Notes: generated by a model from the sequence alone, not told the origin. 64,000 nt of DNA from Oscillospiraceae bacterium (GCA_015063685.1 SVTR01000004.1:3826-67825); one strand, 5' to 3'; positions 34,003 to 44,527 are shown, counted from the first letter of the stretch. A program made the numbers and translations.

Positions 34003-36059
34003 CAGTGCAATCTCGTACCCTCGGGCACGCGCTCGTCCACGAAGATGACCTGACAGCCGCAGGCGTTGTTGGTGGCGGCCAGGAGCATACCGTTGGAGGT
34101 CACACCCGTGATACGGGTGGGGGTCAGGTTGGCAAGAACGATGATCTTCTTACCCACCAGCTCGTCGACGGTGTAGTCGTGCTTGATGGAGGACACGATG
34201 ACACGCTCGTCAATGCCGTCAAACAGGGTCAGCTTGTAGCAGGAGTGAGACTTGCGGATCTCCTGCACCTTGACGATCTTGCAAACGCGGATGTCCAGCT
34301 TGGAGAAATCGTCCATGTTCACCATGTCGGTGGAAATGGGCTCCACGGGATCGGGCTCGCCGTAAACCTTCTCCACAGGGGCGTTGGCGGCGGCCTCAGC
34401 GTCAGCCACAGCTTTATCTGCGGCGATCTCGGCCTCGGTCTGACCGTAGGAGAAGTCAAGTAGCTTTACGTAGCGGGCAGGATCAATGGCGTAGAGGAAT
34501 AGATACAGACGGGGGCCGCGCTCCTTGTCGATGAGCAGCTTGTAAACCGTCTTGAAGAAGTTGCCCTGGAGACCCTTCAGCTCCTTCTCGGGCTTGTCCT
34601 CACCAAAGACCTGCTTGGGAATGGCGTAGAGGGCGGTGTTTAGCTCGTCCAGGGTGTAGCCACCGGCGGCCAAATAATCGTGGAGCAGAGCGATCTCGCG
34701 CTTTTCCTCATCGGAGAGGGTGTTGAATACCTCAAAATTACGGGTCTCGCGCAGCTTGTTGACCTGGTCGGGGGCGCACTGCTCCAGCCAGTACTTGGCG
34801 CGGTCGAGACGACCCATGAACTGCTCGGCGGTGTAGGGGGTGCCGATCTTCTCAAAGACGGTCTCCAGCATGGGTACGTTGAAGTCCACGATGGAGCCCA
34901 GCTGAACCAGCAGACCCATGGGCACGGTGCTGACCTCGTGACCCTTGACGTCGCAGTTATACATGATGGCGGCGTTGTGCTCGTTGGATTTGCCCGCGCG
35001 ATATTCCTCATACATCTTGTCGAACTCGAAATACTGGCGGAGAATACCGTCGTCAAAGCAGAAATCAAAGGCCTTGGTGGGCTCGGTCTTGGAGTAGAGC
35101 CACAGAATGACCTCAGGCTCGTAGAGCTTCAGCATGGTGTCGGGGGTGAGGTTCAGACCCGAAGAGCTGGACATTTTGCCCGCCAGGCCCTTGATGCCGA
35201 TGAACTCATAGCCCTGGAACAGGGGAGGCTCGTAGCCGAAGATTTTCTTGGAGATGATCTTGGCGTTGGAGTAGGAGCCGGTGGGAGCGGCGTGATCCTT
35301 TCCGCCGGGCTCAAAGTCCACGCCCTCGTGACGCCAACGCATGGGCCAGTCGATCTTCCAGCCCAGCTTGCAGTTGAAGTTCTCAAGGAAGTTGATATGG
35401 CCGTGATAGCCGCAACGGCAGGTGTAGTCGGCCTCGGTGCAGTCCTCGGAGATGTTCTCCAGGGTGGTGAAGTCGGTGCCGCACTCGGGGCAGAAGACGG
35501 ATACGGGGGAATACTTTGCCTTCTCGGCATCATGCTCTGCCTTGCGCTCTTCCTCGGACTTGGTCATGTCCTTGGTCTTGAAGGAATCCAGGATCTCAAA
35601 GATCTCAGCGCGCTTGCGCAGGGACTCGATGATGGCCTGGGTATAAGCGCCGGAGCGGTACATATTGCCCTGATGGCGGTAGTCCATCTCAATGCCGAAC
35701 TTCTTCATGGACTCAGTAAACTCGGCCTTGAAGTGCTCGGCGTAGTTCTCGTGACAGCCCCAAGGATCGGGGATGTCCACGTAGGGGGTACCGATGTACT
35801 TGTCGTAGGCGTCGCCCACCTTGGCCTGGACGTTGGCGGGGATCTTACGGCAACGGTCAAAGTCATCCCAGGAGAACAGAAGGCGAGCCTTCTTGCCCTG
35901 CTTCTCAATGGCCTTGCAAACGAAAAGGGAGGTGGCGATATCACGGAAGTTACCGATGTGGACGGAGCCCGAAGGGCTGATGCCCGCGGCGCAAACGTAT
36001 TCTTCCTTGTCGGGGTTGCGAGCGATGACTCTTTGTGCGATTTCTTCTGACCAATGCAT
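34002..36059 (-). CDS. lysK: Class I lysine--tRNA ligase fused to a C-terminal Trbp111/EMAP-like tRNA-binding domain
   Basis: ISPSGSVHIGNFRD (HIGH), KMSSSSG (KMSKS) and PDPWGCHENYAEHF are typical of class I LysRS. The C-terminus DIRVCKIVKVQEI...VGKKIIVLANLTPTRITGVTSNGMLLAA resembles the MetRS/CsaA tRNA-binding domain. RBS AAGGAG. Confidence 0.88.
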   Translation of the reverse strand: MHWSEEIAQRVIARNPDKEEYVCAAGISPSGSVHIGNFRDIATSLFVCKAIEKQGKKARLLFSWDDFDRCRKIPANVQAKVGDAYDKYIGTPYVDIPDPWGCHENYAEHFKAEFTESMKKFGIEMDYRHQGNMYRSGAYTQAIIESLRKRAEIFEILDSFKTKDMTKSEEERKAEHDAEKAKYSPVSVFCPECGTDFTTLENISEDCTEADYTCRCGYHGHINFLENFNCKLGWKIDWPMRWRHEGVDFEPGGKDHAAPTGSYSNAKIISKKIFGYEPPLFQGYEFIGIKGLAGKMSSSSGLNLTPDTMLKLYEPEVILWLYSKTEPTKAFDFCFDDGILRQYFEFDKMYEEYRAGKSNEHNAAIMYNCDVKGHEVSTVPMGLLVQLGSIVDFNVPMLETVFEKIGTPYTAEQFMGRLDRAKYWLEQCAPDQVNKLRETRNFEVFNTLSDEEKREIALLHDYLAAGGYTLDELNTALYAIPKQVFGEDKPEKELKGLQGNFFKTVYKLLIDKERGPRLYLFLYAIDPARYVKLLDFSYGQTEAEIAADKAVADAEAAANAPVEKVYGEPDPVEPISTDMVNMDDFSKLDIRVCKIVKVQEIRKSHSCYKLTLFDGIDERVIVSSIKHDYTVDELVGKKIIVLANLTPTRITGVTSNGMLLAATNNACGCQVIFVDERVPEGTRLH

Positions 36060-36136
36060 GGTTGGTCTCCTTTCTCTATATGTGGATTGTTTTAACGTAA
36101 ATCAGCTATGGCGTAAAAAGTGCCCATAGATATTAT

Positions 36137-36165
36137 AGTATAGCATATTTTCCGATATTTTGCAA
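36137..36165 (-). promoter_or_regulatory. Sigma-A type promoter for lysK
   Basis: On the minus strand: TTGCAA, 17 nt, TATACT, with an upstream TGC. Confidence 0.55.
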
Positions 36166-36297
36166 TAGGTTTCGGGGATTTTTAGGGCTTGGCCGGGAAA
36201 TTTATCCGAAATCGCTACGGTGGTGTACGAAAAGAACGGGCATGGCCTTGTCAGAAAGAAAAAATGAGCAAAAACGGAAAAATATTCTGAAAACCTC

Positions 36298-36326
36298 TTT
36301 ACAAACAGAAAATATTATGATATAAT
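36298..36326 (+). promoter_or_regulatory. Sigma-A type promoter for the XRE/S24 regulator, followed by a GTTC-N8-GAAC palindrome (36328-36343)
   Basis: TTTACA, 17 nt, TATAAT. The palindrome sits immediately downstream of -10 and could be an autoregulatory operator. Confidence 0.6.
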
Positions 36327-36375
36327 AGTTCCGAATAAAGAACAAATCGGGAATTTGTGATTTGTGGAGGTGCCT

Positions 36376-37374
36376 ATGACACAGGAAACCTATCTGGATC
36401 GTATCAAAAAAATCAAAAGCGAGAGGAAGATCACCAATGAAAAGCTGTCGGATATGACGGGGATTCCCTTGGGCACCCTGTCCAAGCTTTTGGCGGGTAT
36501 CAGCGATTCTCCCAAGCTTGTCAATATGGTGGCTATTTGCCGCGCCTTGGAATGCTCCTTGGACTATCTCATGACCGGCGAGCCCGAAAACACCAACAAC
36601 TATACCCTGACGGCGGAGGAGATCACCCTGGTGGAGTCCTATCGTATGCTGGACGCTTATGGCCGCTCTTTGACGGCTGTGGTGATTGAAAAGGAGCGGG
36701 ATCGGGCCGCTCGTCAAGCCGCGGAGGAGGCATTGCTTCTGCGAAACGTGGCAGAGCAGAGAAGCACCCGCCGCGGCGGTCGCCGTGCAGGTGATGCCGC
36801 CCAGCGTGCCGTTGCCGCCGCCGTGAAGCAGAGCGAAGCCTATCGCTATCAATTTGACGCGCCTGAAGGGAGCTCTGTCAATGCCGATACACCGATACCT
36901 GCTGTAGCTCCTGCTGTGACGGCACCTACGGTATCGGCCGAGCCTGCGGCTTCGGTTGCGGCTGAACGCAGGATCATCAGGGGTAGTCTCCCTGCCGGCG
37001 TGGGACGCAGACCCATTGATATGTATGATCTGCCTGTATCCGCCGGTACGGGTCAGTTCTTATCCGAGAGCACGGGCACCGAGATCATGATTCCCGCCGG
37101 CCCCAAAACCGAGAATGCGGATTACGCGCTTCGCATTTCCGGTGACAGCATGGAGCCCAAATATCATACCGGAGACGTGCTGTTGGTGGAGGATTGCGAT
37201 TTCGTGGAGGAAGGCGAGCTGGGTATTTTTGTGTTGGACGGCTCGGGCTACTTCAAAAAATACGGCGGCGATCGCCTGATCTCCCTCAATCCTGCCTATG
37301 CTCCCATCATGCTGAAGGACTTTCAAGAGGTGATCTGCTGTGGCCGTGTGGTGGGCAAGCTGAAGCGTAAATAA
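36376..37374 (+). CDS. XRE-family HTH regulator fused to an S24 (LexA/CI-like) self-cleaving peptidase domain
   Basis: N-terminal HTH ITNEKLSDMTGIPLGTLSKLL, a long Ala-rich linker, and a C-terminal GDSMEP...GRVVGKLKRK. ATG 36376 follows GGAGG. Confidence 0.8.
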   Translation: MTQETYLDRIKKIKSERKITNEKLSDMTGIPLGTLSKLLAGISDSPKLVNMVAICRALECSLDYLMTGEPENTNNYTLTAEEITLVESYRMLDAYGRSLTAVVIEKERDRAARQAAEEALLLRNVAEQRSTRRGGRRAGDAAQRAVAAAVKQSEAYRYQFDAPEGSSVNADTPIPAVAPAVTAPTVSAEPAASVAAERRIIRGSLPAGVGRRPIDMYDLPVSAGTGQFLSESTGTEIMIPAGPKTENADYALRISGDSMEPKYHTGDVLLVEDCDFVEEGELGIFVLDGSGYFKKYGGDRLISLNPAYAPIMLKDFQEVICCGRVVGKLKRK

Positions 37375-37419
37375 AGTCAGATGTCCGGACTTTCGGATTT
37401 GGAAAATCCCAAAATATGT

Positions 37420-37469
37420 GCCGCCCGCGGTGTCCTGCTTTGCGCAGAGGATCCGCGGGCGGCTTTTTT
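37420..37469 (+). terminator. Rho-independent terminator
   Basis: GCCGCCCGCGG-loop-CCGCGGGCGGC followed by TTTTTTG. Confidence 0.7.
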
Positions 37470-37677
37470 GTGGTCAAGGAATAAATAACTTGGGGAATTT
37501 TCAAAAACTCCTTGGAGATAGATTCCCAAAGATCGGCCGCGCTTTTGAGAAAAACTCCCGCAAAAACCGAAAAAAATAAAATTTCCTGCAAAATATCTGC
37601 GAAGTTTTGAAGTAAAAAAACAAATCCTTGCGTATATTATAAATGTAGCGAAAGAATACGAAAGGAGTGACGCCGTC

Positions 37678-38727
37678 ATGACGCGGGATACCCTTCGCCC
37701 GGATGAGGAAATCATGCGCGCCCGTTTCAGGGAGCGAGAGGACCGTATTCTGGAAAATTCCCAGTATGCCACCCACAGTTATGAGACCAAGGGCCGGGAG
37801 CGGCCCATGGATCCGTGCCCCATACGAACCGAATTTCAGCGAGATCGGGATCGCATCATCCATTGTCAGTCCTTCCGACGTCTGATGTATAAAACCCAGG
37901 TGTTTCTGGCGCCTGCGGGGGATCATTACCGCACCCGTCTCACCCATACCCTGGAGGTATGCCAGGTGGCGCGAACCATGGCCAGAGCCTTGCGGCTCAA
38001 CGAGGATCTCACGGAGGCCGCCGCCTTGGGTCACGACCTGGGTCACACACCCTTCGGTCACGCGGGCGAGGACGCCTTGCGCCAATGCTACGATCCGGGC
38101 TTTGCTCATTATGAACAGAGTCTTCGTGTGGTGGAGTGTCTGGAAAACAACGGTAAGGGCTTGAACCTGACCTGGGAGGTGCGGGACGCTATCGTCAACC
38201 ATACGGGCAAAAGCGTGGCATCCACCCCTGAGGGGGTGCTGATCAAATATGCCGACCGCATCGCTTATATCAACCACGACATTGACGACGCCTGCCGTGC
38301 GGGGATTCTCCGTCCCGAGGATATTCCTCACGAGATCTGCCGCGTGTTGGGTAATACACACGGCGACCGTATCGACACCATGGTCTCCTCTGTTATCGCC
38401 GCCAGCGACGGCAAGGCAGAGATCTCCATGACCCCTGAGGTGCAGGAGGCAACGGATCAGCTTCGGAGCTTCCTCTTTGAGCGTGTTTATAAAAATCCCG
38501 TGGCCAAGGGGGAAGAGAACAAGGCAAAGGAATTGGTCTATGCCCTCTTCGATCACTTCGTCAAAAATCCCGCGAAGATGCCTCCCTTGTACGTCCATAT
38601 GATGCAAAGCGGGGAGAGTGTGGAGCGTTGTGTGGCCGATTTTATCTCGGGTATGACGGATCGCTATGCCATTGAAACCTATGGGGAGCTGTTCATTCCC
38701 AGGGTTTGGAGGGGGTTGCACGAATGA
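37678..38727 (+). CDS. dgt: Deoxyguanosinetriphosphate triphosphohydrolase-like HD-domain protein
   Basis: FQRDRDRIIHCQSFRRL, HTLEV and HDLGHTPFGHAGE. It lies upstream of dnaG with an ATGA overlap. Confidence 0.85.
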   Translation: MTRDTLRPDEEIMRARFREREDRILENSQYATHSYETKGRERPMDPCPIRTEFQRDRDRIIHCQSFRRLMYKTQVFLAPAGDHYRTRLTHTLEVCQVARTMARALRLNEDLTEAAALGHDLGHTPFGHAGEDALRQCYDPGFAHYEQSLRVVECLENNGKGLNLTWEVRDAIVNHTGKSVASTPEGVLIKYADRIAYINHDIDDACRAGILRPEDIPHEICRVLGNTHGDRIDTMVSSVIAASDGKAEISMTPEVQEATDQLRSFLFERVYKNPVAKGEENKAKELVYALFDHFVKNPAKMPPLYVHMMQSGESVERCVADFISGMTDRYAIETYGELFIPRVWRGLHE

Positions 38728-40514
38728 GGATCCCACGCGAGGTGATGGAGGCCATCAAGGATCGGTGCGACATCGTAGACCTCATCGGGTCTTACGTTAC
38801 GTTGCGTCGCGCGGGCTCCAATTACAACGGCTCCTGTCCCTTTCACAGCGAAAAAACACCGTCATTTACCGTCTTTCCCGACTCCCAGAGCTTTTTTTGC
38901 TTCGGTTGCGAGGCGGGAGGGGACGCCTTCACCTTTATTATGCGCGCGGAAAACCTGGATTATCCAAGCGCCATAGAATTTTTAGCCAAGCGCACGGGGG
39001 TGGACATTCCCCGCTCCGCCGAGGAGGAGAAACGGGGACTTTCCCGTAAGCGTGTGTATGAAATGAACCTCATCGCCGCCCGCTTTTTCAGAGAGTGCCT
39101 GTTCGATCCCGTCATGGGTCGGGAGGGCATGGCTTACCTTCATGAAAAGCGGGGCCTCAGCATCCCCATCATCCGCCGCTTCGGACTGGGCTTTGCGCCT
39201 GACGACTTTACAGCCTTGGTCTCCGTCCTGAAAAAGGAGGGGTACACCGATCAGGAAATGAAGGAAGCCTTCCTCTGCGGCATCAGCCAAAAGAGCGGAC
39301 GGGCCTACGACTATTTCCGCAACCGCATCATGTTTCCCGTCATTGACACCACGGGCAACGTGGTGGCCTTCAGCGGCCGTGACGTGGGCGGTGATTCCAA
39401 GGCCAAGTATCTCAACTCTTCAGATACCCCCGGCTTCCAGAAGCGCAAACACCTGTACGCCTTGAATTTTGCCAAAAATCACTGTGCCGACGAAATGATC
39501 CTTTGCGAGGGTAACATGGACGTGGTGGCGCTCCATGCCGCAGGCTTTGAAAACGCCGTGGCATCCCTGGGCACCGCCCTCACAGACGACCACGCGCGGA
39601 TCATGGCCAAATACACCAAGCAGGTCATCTTAGCTTACGACTCCGACGAGGCGGGGCAAAGGGCCGCCCACCGTGCCATGGGGATTTTTGCCAAGGTGGG
39701 GCTGGACGTGCGCATCCTGCAAATGGAGGGCGCTAAGGATCCGGATGAATTCATCAAAAAATTTGGCGCGGAAAAGTTCCGCCAGCTTTTGAAAAAGAGC
39801 AGTACCGGCTTCAACTTCAAGCTGCAATCGGTGCTGTCCAAGCACGATATCACCCGCCCCGAGGAAAAGATCAAGGCCGCCGCCGAGCTTTGTGAGATCA
39901 TCTCAAGGGTCTACTCATCTGCCGAGCGGGAGGTGTATATCCATGCGGTGTCAGACAAGCTGGGTATCAGCACCGACAGCCTCAAGGGTGACGTGGAGCG
40001 CCTGCAGCGCTTCCATGCCAAGGAGGGCCGTCAACAGCAAATCCGCCAGGCTCAGCTTTCGGCTATGAACCTTGGGGATAAGATCAATCCCGAGGCCGCA
40101 GGAAGCGTGCAAGCCGCGGCGGCTGAGGAGACCATCATTGGTCTGATGCTCATGTACGCGGAGCACCGCAAGGCCATCAGAACCAACGTAGTCCCCTTAT
40201 CTGCCGAGGATTTCGTCACCTCCTTCCACCGCCGTGCCTTTGAGGCCATTATGGCCATGGAAATGGGAGAAGGATTTGAGTTTTCCTTCCTGGGCGAAGC
40301 CTTTACACCCGATGAGATGGGGCGTCTGGCCAAGCTGGAGCAGGCCAGACGGGCCATGACCGAAAACGGCACAGCCGTTCTCCGGGGAGCCGTGGAGGCA
40401 TTGGCCGAGGCCAAGGCGCGTCGGTCGGCTAAGGATGCGGCACCTATGGACAGCCTGCAGATGCTCCTGGCGGGCAAACGAAAAAATATCAGAAAATCTT
40501 CCGATGAGACCTGA
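38724..40514 (+). CDS. dnaG: DNA primase
   Basis: Zinc finger CPFHSEKTPSF..CFGC and Toprim EGNMDV. Start at MRIPREV (ATG 38724) inside listed ORF 38706..40514. Confidence 0.92.
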   Translation: MRIPREVMEAIKDRCDIVDLIGSYVTLRRAGSNYNGSCPFHSEKTPSFTVFPDSQSFFCFGCEAGGDAFTFIMRAENLDYPSAIEFLAKRTGVDIPRSAEEEKRGLSRKRVYEMNLIAARFFRECLFDPVMGREGMAYLHEKRGLSIPIIRRFGLGFAPDDFTALVSVLKKEGYTDQEMKEAFLCGISQKSGRAYDYFRNRIMFPVIDTTGNVVAFSGRDVGGDSKAKYLNSSDTPGFQKRKHLYALNFAKNHCADEMILCEGNMDVVALHAAGFENAVASLGTALTDDHARIMAKYTKQVILAYDSDEAGQRAAHRAMGIFAKVGLDVRILQMEGAKDPDEFIKKFGAEKFRQLLKKSSTGFNFKLQSVLSKHDITRPEEKIKAAAELCEIISRVYSSAEREVYIHAVSDKLGISTDSLKGDVERLQRFHAKEGRQQQIRQAQLSAMNLGDKINPEAAGSVQAAAAEETIIGLMLMYAEHRKAIRTNVVPLSAEDFVTSFHRRAFEAIMAMEMGEGFEFSFLGEAFTPDEMGRLAKLEQARRAMTENGTAVLRGAVEALAEAKARRSAKDAAPMDSLQMLLAGKRKNIRKSSDET

Positions 40515-40578
40515 CGGTCTTCTCGGATCATGAATAATCAGCCCGAGGAAGGATCCCGGGCGAAAGGAAGTAGAAGTA

Positions 40579-41709
40579 ATGAGCGATAAGAAGCATGAAA
40601 TCAAAGAAACCAACCGCGAGGCCGAGGACCGTAAAACTGACATTGAAAAGGTAATCGCGGAAAAGGAAACCCTCACCGAGGCGGATATGGACGCCGTTAT
40701 GGAGGAGATGGGCTACGACGTGGACCGTATCGACGAGCTGTACCTTGAGCGTGCAGGCGGCCCCACGGCCAGCGACATGGCCAACTCCGAGCTGACCGAG
40801 ATCGAGCACGAGGTGGAACAGTTCGGCAGCAGCGAAAACATGGAGCGCATCCTGGAGCAGGAGGGTCTGGTGGACGACCCTGTTCGTCTGTACCTGAAGG
40901 AGATCGGCCGAGTGCCCCTACTGACCCCTGAGCGTGAGCATGAGCTGGCTGAGATCATGATGATGTCCGACGATCCCGACCGGGCCAAGGCCGCTAAAAA
41001 CGAGCTGGTGGAGGCCAACCTCCGTCTGGTCGTCTCCATCGCTAAGCGCTACGTGGGACGCGGTATGTTCTTCCTGGATCTGATCCAGGAGGGTAACCTG
41101 GGTCTGATGAAGGCTGTGGATAAATTCGACTACACCAAGGGCTACAAGTTCTCCACTTACGCCACCTGGTGGATCCGCCAGGCCATCACCCGTGCCATTG
41201 CGGATCAGGCCAGAACCATCCGTATCCCTGTCCACATGGTGGAGACCATCCACAAGGTGTCCCGCTATTCCCGTCAGCTTCTGCAGGAGTATGGCAGAGA
41301 AGCGACCGCCGAGGAGATCGGTGCCAAGATGGGTATGAGCGCAGAGAAGGTTCGTGATATCATGAAAATCGCCCAGGATCCCGTTTCCCTGGAGACCCCC
41401 ATTGGTGAAGAGGAGGATAGCCACCTCGGAGACTTCATCCAGGACGAGGACACCCCCGCTCCCGCCGACGCCGCTTCTCAGGCCATTCTCCGCGAGGTCA
41501 TTGAGCGTGAGCTCAGCACCCTGACCCCCCGTGAGGCTCACGTCATCAAGCTCCGCTTCGGTCTTTATGACGGCCGTACCCGTACCCTTGAGGAGGTGGG
41601 CAGTGAGTTTGACATCACCCGTGAGCGTATCCGCCAGATCGAGGCAAAGGCCCTCAGAAAGCTCCGTCATCCCAGCCGAGCAAGACATTTGAAGGGATTT
41701 TTGGATTGA
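40579..41709 (+). CDS. rpoD: Primary RNA polymerase sigma factor (SigA/RpoD)
   Basis: [30 protein letters not shown], with regions 1.2 to 4.2 present. Position is in the dnaG-rpoD operon. Confidence 0.93.
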   Translation: MSDKKHEIKETNREAEDRKTDIEKVIAEKETLTEADMDAVMEEMGYDVDRIDELYLERAGGPTASDMANSELTEIEHEVEQFGSSENMERILEQEGLVDDPVRLYLKEIGRVPLLTPEREHELAEIMMMSDDPDRAKAAKNELVEANLRLVVSIAKRYVGRGMFFLDLIQEGNLGLMKAVDKFDYTKGYKFSTYATWWIRQAITRAIADQARTIRIPVHMVETIHKVSRYSRQLLQEYGREATAEEIGAKMGMSAEKVRDIMKIAQDPVSLETPIGEEEDSHLGDFIQDEDTPAPADAASQAILREVIERELSTLTPREAHVIKLRFGLYDGRTRTLEEVGSEFDITRERIRQIEAKALRKLRHPSRARHLKGFLD

Positions 41710-41915
41710 CGTGACCCCCAATGCGATTTTTTCGTCATTTGATTCAAATTGACAATAAAAAAATCGGAGACTTGCACAAAAAGATCGTAACAAATGACAA
41801 TCCAATAAATCTCAATTTGTGGTTTGTGCTATAAAAAATCGGAACTTTGCCGAAAAGGGATTTGAAAAGTGCGCTCTTTTCTCACGAAGAAGGGAAAAGT
41901 GTTCAAAAAATTCAC

Positions 41916-41944
41916 TTGACAGATTCATAAAAATAGTGTAAAAT
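41916..41944 (+). promoter_or_regulatory. Sigma-A type promoter for the 806-aa lipoprotein gene
   Basis: TTGACA, 17 nt, TAAAAT, with an upstream TG. Confidence 0.6.
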
Positions 41945-42017
41945 ATACTGGTATGAATAGCGCTTGCCGCACCCTCACGGGGCGGATGAGCCATCTATCG
42001 ATTAGGGAGGAAATAGT

Positions 42018-44438
42018 ATGAAACGTAAACTCATATGCTTGACACTGAGCATATTGATGTTGCTGTCTTGCTTGTTGACCGGTTGTTCTCAGGCATCCAA
42101 GAACGGCGAGGGTGAAGAGGAAGCGGTTGATAACAGCGCCAAGACCATTACCATGTGGGTAATGACCAATGATGAGACCGACGAAGAGGCAATGAAGCTT
42201 GTGAACGAGGCCTTCACCAAGATCACCAAGGCCAAGTTTAAGACCAATGTGGTTATCAAGTTCTGCACCGAGGACGAATATTATACAAAGCTCGAGGCCG
42301 CTATTCAGGCCAACGAGGACGAGATCAAGCTGAAGGAACAGCATGACAAGGATCTCCGTGTCTACCTCCGCAACCACAAGAATGAGGGCACCAACGAAGA
42401 GCTGGAAAAGGCATTCTATGCCGCTAATCCTCAGTATCAGAAGTTCCAGGGCGTGGATGACGATCTGGACGATGAGGATGCCGTTGTCACCGAGGAAGAA
42501 ACTGAGCTCAACGATTACGGTATCGTCGAAATCAAGTATCCTGATCCCAAGGAAAACCAGGTGGATATCTTCTACCTCTCCGGCCAGGAGAAGTACATGG
42601 AGTACTATGAGAAGGAGTGGCTGTCTCTTCTGGGTGAAGAGCTTTCCACCTCTTCCAAGAAGCTGACCGACTACATTTCCACTACCCTTCTGAACGGTGT
42701 GCAGCTGGACGGCGGCGTGTATGCTATCCCCAACAATGTGCCCATCGGTGAGTACACTTACATGATGATTGATAAGGAACTCTTCGATCTGTACATACAC
42801 AAGATCTCCAAGGTCAATACCGTGCTGGATCTGGGCACCTTCCTCAACGACGTTACCAACTATAACGCCGATCATGAGTATACTGCCGATTCCGAAGGCT
42901 ACGTAGTTCCTCTGGCCTCCACCTTTGAGGATTGCATGCGTATGCTGGTTTGGTATTGGGAGCTGACCTATACGGATATGTCCGTGTATGAAACCTATTA
43001 CGACGAGGAGCGCGACCGCAACTATGTACTCCAGAACGAGTACGAGATTGAGATCGAGGTTCCCGCTGCCAACGAGGGTGAAGAGCCTACCATCAAGAAG
43101 GAAAAAATGCTGGCCTCCAAGGTAGTTGCCGACAAGCTCTACAAGACCAATGAGGATGGCAAGTACGTGGACAAGGACAATAACGTTCTGGATTACCATT
43201 ACGAAATTGACAACGAGGGCGGCTGGGTCGATAACGGCAAGGCTACCAAGTATGAAGCTCGCGGAGCCGGATCTATCTATCTTGTGGACGAGAACGGCGA
43301 TGCTGTTACCAAAGAGAACGACAAGCGCGTGGTGATCGACGCGGAAACCTCCGTTGACTCTTACGGTAATACCAAGGCAACCTACGACTACGGTTACAAC
43401 GACGCCTCCAATTTCTCTATCCTGGGTAGTCTGCAGCTGGATGCTGCTGCTCGTACCCGTGGCGGTATCAACCTTGGCTTTAACAGCCTGTTCACCCAGA
43501 GCACTTACCGTGACGTGCTGACCAAACTCATGAACTATGAGTTCAAGGGCTATTACGGTGACGTCCAGGAGGGTCAGCGTGCCGCTGTATCCTTCGTGAA
43601 GGGCGATGCTCGTATCAAGCTGGAGTACGAGGAGAACGGTGTTTACGTAGATCCTACCACCAACCGTGAGTACTATGCGCTCGTTGCCGAGTATCCCGAG
43701 GCAACCGCTAAGGAGCTTTACGGTAACATGTTTGCCGTTTACGGAAATTCCGCAAACCTGGCGCGTAGCATGGAGGTTATTACCTACCTGAATACCAATA
43801 CCGACTTCCGCAACCTGCTTCAGTACGGTATTGAGGGTCAGCACTACGAAAAGCAGGAGGTCGTCGAGACCAATGATAAGGGTGTTGAGGTTGTCAAGTA
43901 TGTTATAAAGCCTCTGACCAGTGCTGCCGCTGCTGAAAAGTACGGTGTCTACAGCATGGATATTGAGAAGACCGGTAACTGCTTCATCGCAACCCCCACC
44001 ATGGAGATGGGCGGCGCTGATGCTTGGGTCTATGCTAAGCGTCAGAACAACGACTCTCTGATCAATCCTCTTCTGGGCTTTGATTTCAACACCATGACTG
44101 AGGATGATGACTACGGTCTTGATACTGCGCTCATCAACGAGATGAACAAGCTCAGCGAAGAGACCTGGAATAAGATCATGGATTGCGCTTCCATGGACGA
44201 TCTGAAGTACCTCCTGGAGAACACCACCGACGGTCTTGCCAAGTCCCTCGCTGCCAGCGCAGGTAATGTGAAGCTGAACAAGGCAACCAACCCTGCATAC
44301 GATCCTTCTATGCCTCAGGGTGCCGATGTTCCTGCCGAGGAGCAGGTCGCTGATACCAGCGGTAGCTCGCCCTACACCATTTATCAGAACTGGCTGAATC
44401 AGTACGGCTACGCTTACTCTCCTGTGCCTACGAACTGA
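42018..44438 (+). CDS. Large extracellular solute-binding lipoprotein (806 aa), with no transporter genes adjacent
   Basis: Lipobox LLSCLLTGCS. The N-terminal KTITMWVMTNDETDEEAMKLVNEAF is typical of family-1 SBPs. RBS GGGAGG. Confidence 0.75.
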   Translation: MKRKLICLTLSILMLLSCLLTGCSQASKNGEGEEEAVDNSAKTITMWVMTNDETDEEAMKLVNEAFTKITKAKFKTNVVIKFCTEDEYYTKLEAAIQANEDEIKLKEQHDKDLRVYLRNHKNEGTNEELEKAFYAANPQYQKFQGVDDDLDDEDAVVTEEETELNDYGIVEIKYPDPKENQVDIFYLSGQEKYMEYYEKEWLSLLGEELSTSSKKLTDYISTTLLNGVQLDGGVYAIPNNVPIGEYTYMMIDKELFDLYIHKISKVNTVLDLGTFLNDVTNYNADHEYTADSEGYVVPLASTFEDCMRMLVWYWELTYTDMSVYETYYDEERDRNYVLQNEYEIEIEVPAANEGEEPTIKKEKMLASKVVADKLYKTNEDGKYVDKDNNVLDYHYEIDNEGGWVDNGKATKYEARGAGSIYLVDENGDAVTKENDKRVVIDAETSVDSYGNTKATYDYGYNDASNFSILGSLQLDAAARTRGGINLGFNSLFTQSTYRDVLTKLMNYEFKGYYGDVQEGQRAAVSFVKGDARIKLEYEENGVYVDPTTNREYYALVAEYPEATAKELYGNMFAVYGNSANLARSMEVITYLNTNTDFRNLLQYGIEGQHYEKQEVVETNDKGVEVVKYVIKPLTSAAAAEKYGVYSMDIEKTGNCFIATPTMEMGGADAWVYAKRQNNDSLINPLLGFDFNTMTEDDDYGLDTALINEMNKLSEETWNKIMDCASMDDLKYLLENTTDGLAKSLAASAGNVKLNKATNPAYDPSMPQGADVPAEEQVADTSGSSPYTIYQNWLNQYGYAYSPVPTN

Positions 44439-44527
44439 TCAGAATCGGTTTATGTAATTTAGACCAAAGGGGTAGCCCATCTGTGGATGGTGGGTTACCC
44501 TTTTGTGTGCCAAAGGACGGAAGCTAT

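Noticed and set aside
36060-36136. T-box leaders upstream of lysK, and upstream of the gltX/glnS operon (9021..9051)
   Set aside because: The leaders are only about 30-75 nt, and no specifier hairpin or T-box sequence (GGTGG.ACCGCG-like) is visible.
36328-36343. SOS (Cheo) box, and calling the XRE/S24 protein LexA
   Set aside because: The palindrome is GTTC-N8-GAAC, not the Firmicute LexA consensus GAAC-N4-GTTC. The protein also has an XRE-type HTH and a long linker rather than the LexA N-terminal domain. I call it only a generic S24 repressor with a possible operator.
37501-43844. ORFs 37501..38736 - (411 aa), 40918..41805 - (295 aa) and 41925..43844 - (639 aa)
   Set aside because: They lie antisense to dgt, rpoD and the 806-aa lipoprotein gene and have shadow-ORF composition.
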